Shown here piece after piece: positions 38,718 through 48,849 of a stretch of 64,000 bases of DNA. The DNA is taken from positions 352,001-416,000 of the forward strand of contig OZ244048.1 of the NCBI GenBank assembly GCA_965215265.1. The letters are read 5' to 3'. The translations under genes and the position numbers were made by a program. Source of the DNA: Candidatus Poribacteria bacterium (GTDB lineage Bacteria; Poribacteria; WGA-4E; WGA-3G). The stretch's first letter is position 1. Each line of letters opens with the position of its first letter. The notes below the pieces were generated by a model. It saw only the letters and a program-made list of their open reading frames with translations, did not search any database and had not been told where the DNA came from.

Positions 38718-38790
38718 AATTGTAAGAAACACTCTTCCGTATAACGACCAAATAGCGTAAATCTTAACTTTTAACCAAGCGTGTAAGGAG

Positions 38791-40137
38791 ATGCTGATGA
38801 TTCAACGGAAAACTCGGTTCACTTTTATCCTGATTATTCAGTTTACTATGGTTCTTTGTATTAGTGGTGTTGCCCAAGAACCGGCCAGTGAATTGGACTT
38901 ATCCCAACCTTTAACACTTGAACAATGTATTCAGATAGGGTTGGAAAAATCGACCAATATGAGAAATGCGCGGTTGAACCTCGCGATTCAAGAGCTCCGC
39001 GTGAAAAACGCACGAGCCGGCTATTTCCCGCAAATTTTCGCCACCGGCAACTACGATTTTTCTGACCGGATTGACTTCGGATTTGAACCGGAAAACTACA
39101 ACTTAGGTTTGAGAGGGCAATACACGCTCTGGGATAACGGTCAGCGCGAAGGGAACTATGCACAAGCGAAAGAGCGTTTGAGTGCCACTTCAAGCCGCAA
39201 TAAGTCAATTAAACAGAATTTAATTTCTCAAATCACAGAAGCCTACTATAATGTCCTCAAATCGCAGGAATTGGTCAAAGTCAGTGAACAGATTTTGGAA
39301 CGTTCCCAAGAAAACACGCAGCGTACTCGTGATTTTGTCGAAGCCGGCTCCCTCATCCCCGCCGATGTTGCGACAGCCGAAGTACGTGAAGCGAATGATG
39401 TATTGTCGCTGCTGAACAACCGGAATGCACTTCAGATCGCCCAGGCACGGTTACCACAAATCGTCGGCTTGGATCCAGGCGTGTTAATTACCGTCGCAAT
39501 AGACGAATCTTATCAGTTATATCAGCAGCGCGGCACCATTCAAAAAATAGAGATCTCTATCGAGGAAGCCATCCAGATAGCTTTGAGCAATCGTCCTGAA
39601 TTTCAAGAAACACAATCGCAGCTGAAGGAACAAGAATGGACGCTCACGTTGGCAAAATTGCAGCGGTGGCCACGGCTAAACGCAGACGCAGACTACAATG
39701 TGAATCTTGATGACTATCTTCGGGAGCGCGAGGATTTCTCAGATTTCCGAAGTTGGAGTATAGGGGCTTCTCTTAATTTTACCTTATTTGATGGCGGCAT
39801 TCTTAGCAACCGCGTTAAAGAAGTACAACTGCAACTCGAACAGACGCGTGAAGCGGCAAGCGAGCTAGAACGTTCTGTCGCACTCGACGTAAGACAAGCG
39901 TATCTGAATCTCAAACGCAGTGAGACTGCTGTTGACATCTCCAAAACGCAGGTTCTTAATGCGCAGTTGAGCTTGGATGTCATCCAGGGGCGTTTTGAAG
40001 TTGACAAGGCAATTCTACTTGAATTACTGGATGCGCAAACAGGATATGCGCAAGCACTGACAAACCAAGTTAATGCTTTCTACGATTACAAAATCGCTCA
40101 AACCCGTTTACAAGATGCAATGGGAGTTTTACAGTAA
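38791..40137 (+). CDS. TolC-family outer-membrane efflux protein
   Basis: LTLEQCIQIGL, two OEP repeats (YFPQI, ALSNRPE, RWPRL, LELLDAQ). Confidence 0.93.
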   Translation: MLMIQRKTRFTFILIIQFTMVLCISGVAQEPASELDLSQPLTLEQCIQIGLEKSTNMRNARLNLAIQELRVKNARAGYFPQIFATGNYDFSDRIDFGFEPENYNLGLRGQYTLWDNGQREGNYAQAKERLSATSSRNKSIKQNLISQITEAYYNVLKSQELVKVSEQILERSQENTQRTRDFVEAGSLIPADVATAEVREANDVLSLLNNRNALQIAQARLPQIVGLDPGVLITVAIDESYQLYQQRGTIQKIEISIEEAIQIALSNRPEFQETQSQLKEQEWTLTLAKLQRWPRLNADADYNVNLDDYLREREDFSDFRSWSIGASLNFTLFDGGILSNRVKEVQLQLEQTREAASELERSVALDVRQAYLNLKRSETAVDISKTQVLNAQLSLDVIQGRFEVDKAILLELLDAQTGYAQALTNQVNAFYDYKIAQTRLQDAMGVLQ

Positions 40138-40139
40138 CC

Positions 40140-42119
40140 ATGAAGAATAGAAAGAAATGGATTATCATTAGTGGCGCTATCCTGGTTGTTATCGCTGCCT
40201 CGACGATTACCCTCTCCCGAACTAATATGCTCCCCGGCAAAAAACCTAAAGATAAAGAAGCGAAGCACGAGGTTGTCCGGCGTGGAGAATTTCTTGTCAA
40301 AGTCCGTGAATCTGGAAACCTACGTTCACTTATTGAAGTAGATGTACGCTCAAACGTTGAAGGCGAAATTCAGAAAATTTTCGTCGAAGAAGGTGATCTT
40401 GTTGAAATCAACCAACCCTTGCTTCAAATTGATGACAAACAGATCTTAGAGCAGAAAAAACAAGCTGAAGCAAATAAGGAAGCCCGAGAAGCGGAGCTCA
40501 AACAAGCAGAACTTCGAATTGAAATCACCGACAAACAGCAGACAAGTAGCCTACTTCAGGCGCAAAACAGTGTCGCTAAAGCTAGAGCGGCTTTAACATC
40601 CTTCATTGCAAATAAGAACCAACGAATAAACGAGGCAAAAACCCTTGTAGTCACAACACAAAACGAACTCAACCAAGCTAAAATTAATCTGAGTCAGGCA
40701 GAAATCGCCCATGAACAAGCGAAACTAAGCCTTGACCGTGGCAACACAGCCGTTAAATCATCTAAAATTTCGTTTGAGACAGCAGATGCCGAATATAATC
40801 GGAATAAAGACCTCTATGAGAAAAAATTGGTTTCAAAGCGGGCCCTAGAGGAATCACAAACCCAACTTGCCAATGCAGTGTCACAATACGAAAACGCTCA
40901 GAAAGAGGTGGAATCGCAATTGAATACTATTACCTCCCAATCACAGAACATTGAGGCGATGAAGGAGGTAATTGAAAGTCGAAAAGCGACTCTCACACTC
41001 AATCAACAGAACGTTGAGACGTTAAAAGAGTCGCAGAAAGCGCAAGAAAAGCAGCTGCAAGTCGATTTGGAAAATGCAGAGGCACGGCTCGAACAGATTC
41101 AAGAGACAATTGATGAAGAAAAAGAGTTGACCAAGCATGCACGTGTAGGGGCCCAAGCAAGTTTACTTCAAGCAGAGAGCCAACTCAAGTCTCAGGAGGA
41201 GCGCCATGGCTGGACAACAGTCACTGCCCCTATCTCAGGAACCATTACGCGCCTTATTGTAGAAGAGGGCGAAATTATTACATCCGGACGTTCTGCGTTT
41301 TCGCGCGGCGATGCTATCATGCGCATCGCTGACCTGAATCAAATGATTGTCAGAACCCAAATCAATCAGGTTGAAATCGGAAAAATAAAAATAGATCAGC
41401 GTGCTGAAATCACTGTCGATAGCCATCCCAACAGTATTTTCGAGGGAAGAGTCAGGGAAATTTCACCCAGCGCGACCCAGCAGAATCAACAAAATCCAAA
41501 TGCTGTGATTACATTTGAAGTTGATATAGAGGTTATCGGCTCGCCCCCAGAACTCCGCCCTGGAATGTCTGCTGATGTGGACATCATCGTCTTTGAAGAA
41601 CCTGGTATACTGCAGCTGCCTATCGCAGCGGTCCTGAATCCGGAGATTTTCACCGTCAAAGCCAACTTAACGACCGATGCCCTCACGCAATTTCAGCCCG
41701 GGCAAGAACTGAAGATGCGCAGCCTCATCGGAAAAGAATTCAATGGACGCGTCGGACAAGTTTCACCAGAAAAGCAACGCGGGAACCTTGAAATTTTGCT
41801 TGACGAGAAGCAGCAAGGCTTACGGACCGGTCCAACAGAGATTATCATTGTGCTCTCTGACCAAAAACAACTGACCGGAATAGAAGCCCGAATTGATAGT
41901 GAACGGCAGTTCTTTGTGAGACTTGACACCGGTGAATCACACAAAAAGGATGAGGATCAGAAGGAAAAAGGCGCAAAAACACACATAAAAGTCGGGCAGC
42001 GCAATAACACCCACTTTCAAATCATAGCCGGACTCAAGGAAGGCGACCGGGTTTTTGTGCCTTCTATGATGGAATTAACACAAGGTTCAGGGGACAACGA
42101 CGAGGGCTCTTCAAAATAA
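40140..42119 (+). CDS. Periplasmic adaptor (MFP) with very long coiled coil
   Basis: ESGNL...VRSNVEGEI, VTAPISGTI, LRPGMSADVDI, GLKEGDRV. Confidence 0.9.
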   Translation: MKNRKKWIIISGAILVVIAASTITLSRTNMLPGKKPKDKEAKHEVVRRGEFLVKVRESGNLRSLIEVDVRSNVEGEIQKIFVEEGDLVEINQPLLQIDDKQILEQKKQAEANKEAREAELKQAELRIEITDKQQTSSLLQAQNSVAKARAALTSFIANKNQRINEAKTLVVTTQNELNQAKINLSQAEIAHEQAKLSLDRGNTAVKSSKISFETADAEYNRNKDLYEKKLVSKRALEESQTQLANAVSQYENAQKEVESQLNTITSQSQNIEAMKEVIESRKATLTLNQQNVETLKESQKAQEKQLQVDLENAEARLEQIQETIDEEKELTKHARVGAQASLLQAESQLKSQEERHGWTTVTAPISGTITRLIVEEGEIITSGRSAFSRGDAIMRIADLNQMIVRTQINQVEIGKIKIDQRAEITVDSHPNSIFEGRVREISPSATQQNQQNPNAVITFEVDIEVIGSPPELRPGMSADVDIIVFEEPGILQLPIAAVLNPEIFTVKANLTTDALTQFQPGQELKMRSLIGKEFNGRVGQVSPEKQRGNLEILLDEKQQGLRTGPTEIIIVLSDQKQLTGIEARIDSERQFFVRLDTGESHKKDEDQKEKGAKTHIKVGQRNNTHFQIIAGLKEGDRVFVPSMMELTQGSGDNDEGSSK

Positions 42120-42193
42120 GTTTTCATCTTAAAAATAAACGGAAAACTTGTCCTTGTGATATTGAAAGCTTAATTTAGATGAGGTGCGATGCA

Positions 42194-42883
42194 ATGTTAA
42201 TTAATGTCAGAGATTTAACAAAAATCTACCAAATGGGCGATGTACAAGTACACGCCCTACGGGGCGTTACCTTTACGGTAGCATCCGGAGAGTTTATCGC
42301 AATTATGGGGCCCTCCGGTTCCGGAAAATCAACCATGATGGATATCCTAGGGTGCCTTGCGACACCCACATCCGGCGAGTACTTCCTTGAAGGCGAGGAA
42401 GTTGGTAAACTTTCGGATAACCGGCTCGCAGACATCCGAAATAAAAAAATCGGGTTTGTCTTTCAGTCTTTCAATCTGCTACCACGGACAAGCGCGCTCC
42501 ACAACGTTGAACTCCCACTTATTTACTCAGGCATCGGCAGAAAAGAACGCAAGCGCCGTGCCTTTGGGGCACTTGAAGCAGTCGGACTAGCTGACCGTGT
42601 AGATCACAAGTCAACGGAGCTCTCCGGTGGGCAGATCCAGCGGGTCGCGATCGCTCGTGCCTTAGTAAATAGCCCATCCATGATCTTTGCTGATGAACCT
42701 ACCGGAAACTTGGACACGCGCTCCGGCAGCGAAATCATGGCAATTTTCAACCGCCTCAATAATGATGGTAACACTATTATCATGGTAACACATGAACCCG
42801 AAGTAGCGGAGCATGCAAAACGCGTCCTACACATTCGAGACGGATTAATTGAACGTGACGTAAAACAGAATGGAACTGAATAA
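42194..42883 (+). CDS. ABC transporter ATP-binding protein (MacB/LolD-like)
   Basis: [26 protein letters not shown]. Confidence 0.95.
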   Translation: MLINVRDLTKIYQMGDVQVHALRGVTFTVASGEFIAIMGPSGSGKSTMMDILGCLATPTSGEYFLEGEEVGKLSDNRLADIRNKKIGFVFQSFNLLPRTSALHNVELPLIYSGIGRKERKRRAFGALEAVGLADRVDHKSTELSGGQIQRVAIARALVNSPSMIFADEPTGNLDTRSGSEIMAIFNRLNNDGNTIIMVTHEPEVAEHAKRVLHIRDGLIERDVKQNGTE

Positions 42884-42971
42884 TATATTATACCCGGACG
42901 AAAATAGCAGACTTAACCTGACGGTAGGTAGGAACACCTCTTAAATAAGGTTTGGCACTTTTAAACGCTAT

Positions 42972-43940
42972 ATGCATTGCGTCAGAATCACCACCCCCGC
43001 CCGACTGCACTTTTCCCTGATCGACCTAAACGGGGTTTTAGGCAGGATCGACGGCGGATTCGGTTTGGCAATCGCTAAACCGACTTTCAATATCATCGCT
43101 GAACCTGCAACAAGGATTCAGGTGGATGCTTCTCTGTACCAGGAACGCGCTTATAAAATTCTCACAAGGCTCCAGCAAATCCATGCGTTCCCAGGCATCA
43201 AGTTAAAATTCACTGCTGAGATCCCAATGCATAGCGGGTTCGGGTCCGGTACACAACTCGCCCTTGGTATTGCGAACGCAGTGAATGTTCTATACGAACT
43301 CCGGTTAAATGTTTTGGAACTAGCCAAGGCTGTAGGGCGCGGCGGGACCTCAGGCATCGGGGTTGCAGCATTTGATACCGGCGGATTCATCGTAGATGGA
43401 GGGCATCGTTACCCTGAACAGAAAGCCTCTTTCCTACCGTCTTCTGCAGGCAGCAACATTCCGCCACCCCCGATTTTACTCCGATACCCATTTCCAGACT
43501 GGCCACTCTTAATTGTTATCCCAAATTGTTCTCGCATTTATGGCGAAGCAGAATTAGAACTATTTCGGACTTTGTGCCCACAACCCAAATCGGTTGCACC
43601 GAAACTTACGCATCTTCTTCTCTTTCAGGTACTCCCCGCTATCCTTGAAGAGGATATGCCCACCTTCGGCAAAGCATTAAACCGCATTCAAACGTTTGGG
43701 TGGAAGAAGGTTGAAATTGATGCACAAGGAGATGAACTGCAACAGACACTTGAGTTCCTACAGAACAACGGGGCATTAGGCGCAGGAGTTAGCAGCTGGG
43801 GGCCAGCGATTTGTACCGTTAGTGCAACACCTGATAAGTTAAAACAGAAAACGGATGCCTTCCTGAAAACGCTACCGAACGGCGGTACCTGTTTTATGAC
43901 GCGTGCAAACAACACCGGCGCACGAGTGGTAATAGACTGA
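42972..43940 (+). CDS. Beta-ribofuranosyl-amino/hydroxybenzene 5'-phosphate synthase (GHMP family, MptG-like)
   Basis: TPARLHFSLIDLNG..GRIDGG.G, HSGFGSGTQL, GRGGTSGIG...GGFIVDGGH, SSWGP. Confidence 0.88.
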   Translation: MHCVRITTPARLHFSLIDLNGVLGRIDGGFGLAIAKPTFNIIAEPATRIQVDASLYQERAYKILTRLQQIHAFPGIKLKFTAEIPMHSGFGSGTQLALGIANAVNVLYELRLNVLELAKAVGRGGTSGIGVAAFDTGGFIVDGGHRYPEQKASFLPSSAGSNIPPPPILLRYPFPDWPLLIVIPNCSRIYGEAELELFRTLCPQPKSVAPKLTHLLLFQVLPAILEEDMPTFGKALNRIQTFGWKKVEIDAQGDELQQTLEFLQNNGALGAGVSSWGPAICTVSATPDKLKQKTDAFLKTLPNGGTCFMTRANNTGARVVID

Positions 43941-43954
43941 AGCCAGTGGATAGC

Positions 43955-43969
43955 AGCCCATCTTGAAAA
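43955..43969 (+). repeat. 15-bp direct repeat, copy 2
   Basis: AGCCCATCTTGAAAA, identical to 36667-36681. Confidence 0.7.
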
Positions 43970-43981
43970 CTCGATAAACCT

Positions 43982-44017
43982 AAAAAAAAGGACGGACCGA
44001 ATGGTCCCCCCTTTAAA
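43982..44017. terminator. Candidate intrinsic terminator between convergent genes
   Basis: A-tract, then GGACC-GAAT-GGTCC stem, then CCTTT. Confidence 0.55.
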
Positions 44018-44047
44018 TGTATAACACACCGTCCAAGGATATTGGCT

Positions 44048-44653
44048 TTAGGAATAGTAAGGATTGACACCTGCCGTGTGGTCTGTTGCATCAATCACGC
44101 GCTTAATTTCCGGAAATGCTTCCTGAATCATCGCTTCAATACCGTGTTTGAGTGTGACATTCGCCATCCCACAACCTTGACAGCCTCCGCCCATGTGAAT
44201 GTAAACGGCTTCATCTTCAACGTTCAGGAGCTCTACCTGCCCGCCGTGTGCTGCAACAGCAGGATTAATCCGCTCATCAATCAGTTTTTGAATTTCTTGT
44301 GCCTTTGGATTATCCCATGTAGGCGTGTTCGGGTTCTCGATCTGGAACCCGCTCGCATTCAAGTCGTCGACATAGTCAATCACTGCTCCGGTAAGATTCT
44401 CCGCGCTGTTGGCATCAACGAATACATTAAAATTATCACATTCAATGATAATATCATCCACTTCAACTTCAGTTGCTAAACCGAGATTGTACTCAAATGC
44501 CGCAGCGGTTCTACCTTTAATACTGATGCGTAGTCCGGCGATGTCAACTTCTTCTGCTTGTATGACAGCGTAAACCTTCTCTTGCGCAGCTGCTGTGACT
44601 TTGAGCAAAGGGGCTTCGGTCTCCTTGGGTTGTTTCTTCAAGAAATTTTTCAT
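44048..44653 (-). CDS. nfuA: Fe-S cluster carrier NfuA
   Basis: Degenerate A-type domain followed by NifU-C domain INPAVAAHGG...GGGCQGC. Confidence 0.9.
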   Translation of the reverse strand: MKNFLKKQPKETEAPLLKVTAAAQEKVYAVIQAEEVDIAGLRISIKGRTAAAFEYNLGLATEVEVDDIIIECDNFNVFVDANSAENLTGAVIDYVDDLNASGFQIENPNTPTWDNPKAQEIQKLIDERINPAVAAHGGQVELLNVEDEAVYIHMGGGCQGCGMANVTLKHGIEAMIQEAFPEIKRVIDATDHTAGVNPYYS

Positions 44654-44698
44654 ATTCTTTTCCCCGTAGGCGTTGCACGCCTTGAAGGACTGCAGCGT

Positions 44699-45682
44699 TC
44701 AGGCAGCAGTCCGGTTTGTTCGTGTGGTTCGTACGTGAAGCTCTCCCATTTCGTGGTAAATTTTACGCAATTGTGCAATAGCGTAGATTTCCAACTGGCG
44801 GATGCGCTCACGGGTTACGCCCAAAACATCCCCAATTTCTCTCAGCGTCTTCCGTTCTCCGCCTTTCAGACCCAGTTCCTCATCTTCCAGTCCAAAACGC
44901 ATCTTCAGCACCTTCTGTTCCCGTTCCGGTAATTTACTGAGAAATTGTGCCACCAAGTCCTTGTTAATCGTTTCCGCAATCGGACCTTGGTCTTCACTGC
45001 TTGCAGGGTCCGCGATTAAATCGCCGAGTGTCGCTGCAGTACGCTCATCACTCAGCGGTGAATCCATAGAAACAGTATCTGCATTAAAAACGAGGATTTC
45101 CTCAACTTGTCTAACCGTGAGGTCTAATGCTTCTGCAATTTCGGCACGTGTGGGTTCACGCTGTAATTCTTGGCACAAGGACGCATACACGGAATCAAAC
45201 TTATTCATCTTCGTCACGATATAGGACGGCAGCCGAATCGACCTAGAGAAATTCTCAAGGGTTCGCTTTATCGACTGCTTAATCCACCAGATAGCATAGG
45301 TGCTGAACTTAAATCCTTTCCGGTAATCAAATTTGTTCGCTGCTTTAATAAGCCCGATATTTCCCTCTTGGATCAGATCTTCTAGCGGCACGTTGCGTCC
45401 TTGGTACTTGACTGCAATTGAAATGACGAGCCGTAAATTTGCCTCTACCAATTCATCCCGTGCATCCATATCACCGGCCTCAATTCGCTTTGCCAGTTCT
45501 GCTTCCTCTTCGCGGGACAACAGACGATGCCCGGCTACATTCCGAAGCCAACTTGTTAAAGCACTCCGATCGCCGCCAACGTAACTTTCTGTGAGCTCTC
45601 CCTCATTAAGTGAATAGGCCCCATCAATATACGTATCAACACTTCCAATATTCTCTGTTTCACCGAAAAACTCGGTTTCCAT
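44699..45682 (-). CDS. Sigma-70 family factor (RpoD/RpoS-like, no region 1.1)
   Basis: [45 protein letters not shown]. Confidence 0.93.
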   Translation of the reverse strand: METEFFGETENIGSVDTYIDGAYSLNEGELTESYVGGDRSALTSWLRNVAGHRLLSREEEAELAKRIEAGDMDARDELVEANLRLVISIAVKYQGRNVPLEDLIQEGNIGLIKAANKFDYRKGFKFSTYAIWWIKQSIKRTLENFSRSIRLPSYIVTKMNKFDSVYASLCQELQREPTRAEIAEALDLTVRQVEEILVFNADTVSMDSPLSDERTAATLGDLIADPASSEDQGPIAETINKDLVAQFLSKLPEREQKVLKMRFGLEDEELGLKGGERKTLREIGDVLGVTRERIRQLEIYAIAQLRKIYHEMGELHVRTTRTNRTAA

Positions 45683-45985
45683 TCTACTCCTCTCCTTATC
45701 TGAAATTTTGACATAGTGTTAGACTAATAATACATCATATTTAAACGTTTTGTCAACTAAATTGTTTAATAAAAAATGACAATATTCAAAAATAGACATA
45801 ACTTAGAGATAATTTAGCAGAAAATCTCCCAAAATTCAAGATAAAATTAAACTCACCCCCATTTTTTGTAGAACGCTTATGATAAACGGTTTCATTACCT
45901 ACACTTGTTGGAGGGACGGAAATATCAACCCGCTTTCCTATCTTTGTTCTGTATTCAGGCTGCCGCTTCGCACTCGTACGCCATC

Positions 45986-46849
45986 CTAGCCGCGCATAAC
46001 CCCAGTTTCCTCTAACCAGACTTTCAAGGGAACATCCACATCCTTGGGAGAAAAATGACCATTCGCGTTCGTACCTCCTCCCAGCAGCTGCTGACGAATC
46101 GGATCGGCGCGATCAAACATCTCTTCCGGAATCGTCATATCGTCTTTACTCCGCAGCCAGCGGTACCCATAGCCGTAAAATAGCCCTTTTCGCGTAATAG
46201 CAGACTCATTTTCACTCCGCGCATGCCAAATCCGACGGTCAAAGAATACTGCAGCGCCTGGCTTACAGCACACAAGTATCGCCCCCTCCGGAGGAGAACC
46301 ATCTACTGGGAGTTCTAAAGTATCCAAGAGATGGCTACCGGGAATCATGTACAAATTTCCGCGCCCTGTTTCTGAACAGTCGGAGAGCCAATACACAACC
46401 TTTATCGAAAGCCGCGGGCGTGGCGAACTTTCAATCTCTATATTGACACGACCGCTATCCTGATGCCATCCTAACGGCGCTGGATTACCCCGGGACATCT
46501 CAGGGCGCGGCGGCGTGATAATCAGATGGCTATGGTAGCAGTAAATGTTCCAGCCCAAAGCACCCCACACCTTCGGAAACGTTTTATATCAATCCAAAAT
46601 GTTGACGAATAGCTGATCTTTCCCGAGAACATTGGGATAGAAAAAGTTTTGGGTTTCTGTCAGAGGCTTTTTGGTATACGCATCGTAACCTGCATCAAGA
46701 TGCGCTTGGTAAATGCTATCAACACGGTTCTCAAGCCGTTCAACGAGCGCCAGTGGCAGCGCGTTTTCCACAATAAAATATCCTTCTTCGTTCAATCCAC
46801 GGAGTTGTTCAGCCGTGATTTGATGCTGTAGATGCCGCTCATCAAGCAT
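45986..46849 (-). pseudogene. PhyH-family dioxygenase interrupted by one in-frame TGA (46591-46589)
   Basis: The two ORFs are in the same frame: ...VNILD*YKTFPKVWGALGWN...WHQD...IWHAR. Confidence 0.85.
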
Positions 46850-47507
46850 ACTCCACTCCGCTTGCACCTTCCCGTTCCCATTCAATACTTTTCTTGCATT
46901 TTGAACAAAACGCCGTTCTGGCGCGTTGCGTCAGACGTTGCCGTTTCCACTCCTGACTGCATCCGCAGCGTCCACGCCAGCGCGGCAGTGTATGTTCAAC
47001 TCGGTGACACCGTTCCGCTGTGCATCCGATCCGGCGCGCAGTCGCCTTCCATATCACATCATGCCCGTGCCCAGGCCCGACTATCGCATGTGCAATTTCG
47101 TGCAGGATGGTATTTACAATGTTTCCTTTAGAGGCTTTCAAGCAGTAACTAACTGAGAGCGTAATCAACTTCTCCTTATACCGACATATCCCACCGCGCG
47201 CTGGCGCGAGGTCGAATGCGAGCCGCCAGCCTGCTTCAAGTCCACTTTCGGCTTCATGCTCCCGGATGAATTGCTGACCCAATGCTGCAATGTCGGTAAG
47301 CGTCATAGCGGGTTTTGGCGCACTCCCACTCACTGTCATTGCACCGTACGGGACCTTCCACAGTGTGCCTTGCGGTGTTGCTACCTTCGCCCGCCGGGGT
47401 AATAGTTTTTGGACGGTGCCTTGCAGCGTCCCTGTTTTGATAGTAAATGCTACTTTCGTCCCTGGTGGGTACGCCGCGCCTTCAAATTTAGCTGTCACAA
47501 TATTCAT
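46842..47507 (-). CDS. SprT-like zinc metalloprotease
   Basis: TILHEIAH...GHGH...W, with C-terminal CxC/CxxC. Confidence 0.88.
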   Translation of the reverse strand: MNIVTAKFEGAAYPPGTKVAFTIKTGTLQGTVQKLLPRRAKVATPQGTLWKVPYGAMTVSGSAPKPAMTLTDIAALGQQFIREHEAESGLEAGWRLAFDLAPARGGICRYKEKLITLSVSYCLKASKGNIVNTILHEIAHAIVGPGHGHDVIWKATARRIGCTAERCHRVEHTLPRWRGRCGCSQEWKRQRLTQRARTAFCSKCKKSIEWEREGASGVEYA

Positions 47508-47691
47508 TGATTTCTTCTTTCGGTTATGGTTTGTGCTACCTTCGTAACCTTAACTCCTTGCAACCGCAGGAATAGCGATACTGATATTGTCAATAAGCGG
47601 AGGTAACATTATTGAGAAGTTCTGTCAGTGTGTATCGGAACATCAATCACAATCTCGTTGTGGAGTGCTCGTAATTTAGAATTGGATAATT

Positions 47692-47809
47692 TCACGTGCC
47701 ATTAGCCAATAAGCCTAAAACCTATTCCACACTCCGGCGGGTGACTTCAATTACAAATTACAAGGTTTCCTCCCAAAATTCCCGGATTCTCAATAATTCT
47801 AAACATCAT
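47692..47809 (-). pseudogene. Degraded DUF433 (antitoxin-like) gene
   Basis: After RBS AAGGGAG: MMFRIIENPGILGG, then a frameshift with 7-bp duplication, then EVTRRSVE*VLGLLANG. Confidence 0.7.
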
Positions 47810-48036
47810 TAACTCCCTTAAAATACGTTAATTTTATGCATATAATTTACCTCAACTCACCCATTTATGGCAAGTAATTTATTTGCAATTGTGTTATAAT
47901 ACCGCTATGAGTTATGCGTGTGCTGCCTCTCTCTAAGAAAAAGGGAGCATCAATAGTACATGCTGAGCGTGATTGTTTTTAGCGAAAGCACGTCTATCAA
48001 ATTTGCGGAAATCCGGTCCAATAAGGAGGAATCGGC

Positions 48037-48828
48037 ATGGGTTTTAAATTTGGATATAGTACGTTACGTTGGCAAACGCCAGATTTTGAGGAGCTTCTGA
48101 CGCAATTGAAGGGAGCCGGTTGGGACGGTTGGGAGATGCGCCAATCGTTAGACTGGGTAGGAACGCCCCAACGTATCCGGCGATTGTGCAATAATGTCGA
48201 GCTGCCGATCGCGGCTGTCACAGCACGCGGTTTGCCGATTGACAAAGACTGGAACCAGATGGAACTTAATAAGAGGCGAATTGACTTTGCAGCAGAAGTA
48301 GAGGCCGACTGTTTCATGTTCATGGGTGCCGGTAAACCGAAAGACCGGCCCGTGGATCACTCTGACCTCGCCGCACTCGCTGATGTCTCAGAGGAGTGGG
48401 CAGAGTACGCAGCCCAATTCGATTTGGATGTCTGTTATCATATTCATACCAATACGACGGTCGATTCCATAGACGATTGGGTGAAATATATGAGCCTCCT
48501 CCGAAAATGTAAACTCTGTATTGACGTATCGCATTCCGCGCTCTGGGGCTTCGACCCGATTGAATCCATCCGACGCTACAGCGACGCACTCGTTTATGTT
48601 CACCTGCAGGATTATTCCAATGTCACAGGCGGGAACGGCACCGCATACGATGTCGATTGGGTCGATGTTGGCGGTGGAGCCGTTATGGACTTCCCCGGAA
48701 TTATGTCTACCTTGGAAGAACTCGGCTATGATAGATGGATTACCGCCTGCCCAGGGCAGGTTGAGTCTCGTTCCGATCTCGAACGCATGTCAGTCAACCG
48801 GGAATATCTCCACCAATTGGGGTACTAG
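48037..48828 (+). CDS. Sugar-phosphate isomerase/epimerase (xylose-isomerase-like TIM barrel)
   Basis: GWDGWE, YHIH, DVSH, YVHLQD, GGGAVMDF. Confidence 0.85.
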   Translation: MGFKFGYSTLRWQTPDFEELLTQLKGAGWDGWEMRQSLDWVGTPQRIRRLCNNVELPIAAVTARGLPIDKDWNQMELNKRRIDFAAEVEADCFMFMGAGKPKDRPVDHSDLAALADVSEEWAEYAAQFDLDVCYHIHTNTTVDSIDDWVKYMSLLRKCKLCIDVSHSALWGFDPIESIRRYSDALVYVHLQDYSNVTGGNGTAYDVDWVDVGGGAVMDFPGIMSTLEELGYDRWITACPGQVESRSDLERMSVNREYLHQLGY

Positions 48829-48849
48829 GAGTACAAAGGAAGGAAAACT

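Noticed and set aside
46589-46591. Selenocysteine or alternative genetic code at the in-frame TGA
   Set aside because: No convincing SECIS-like hairpin follows, the position looks like a Trp site, and many other genes here end normally at TGA.
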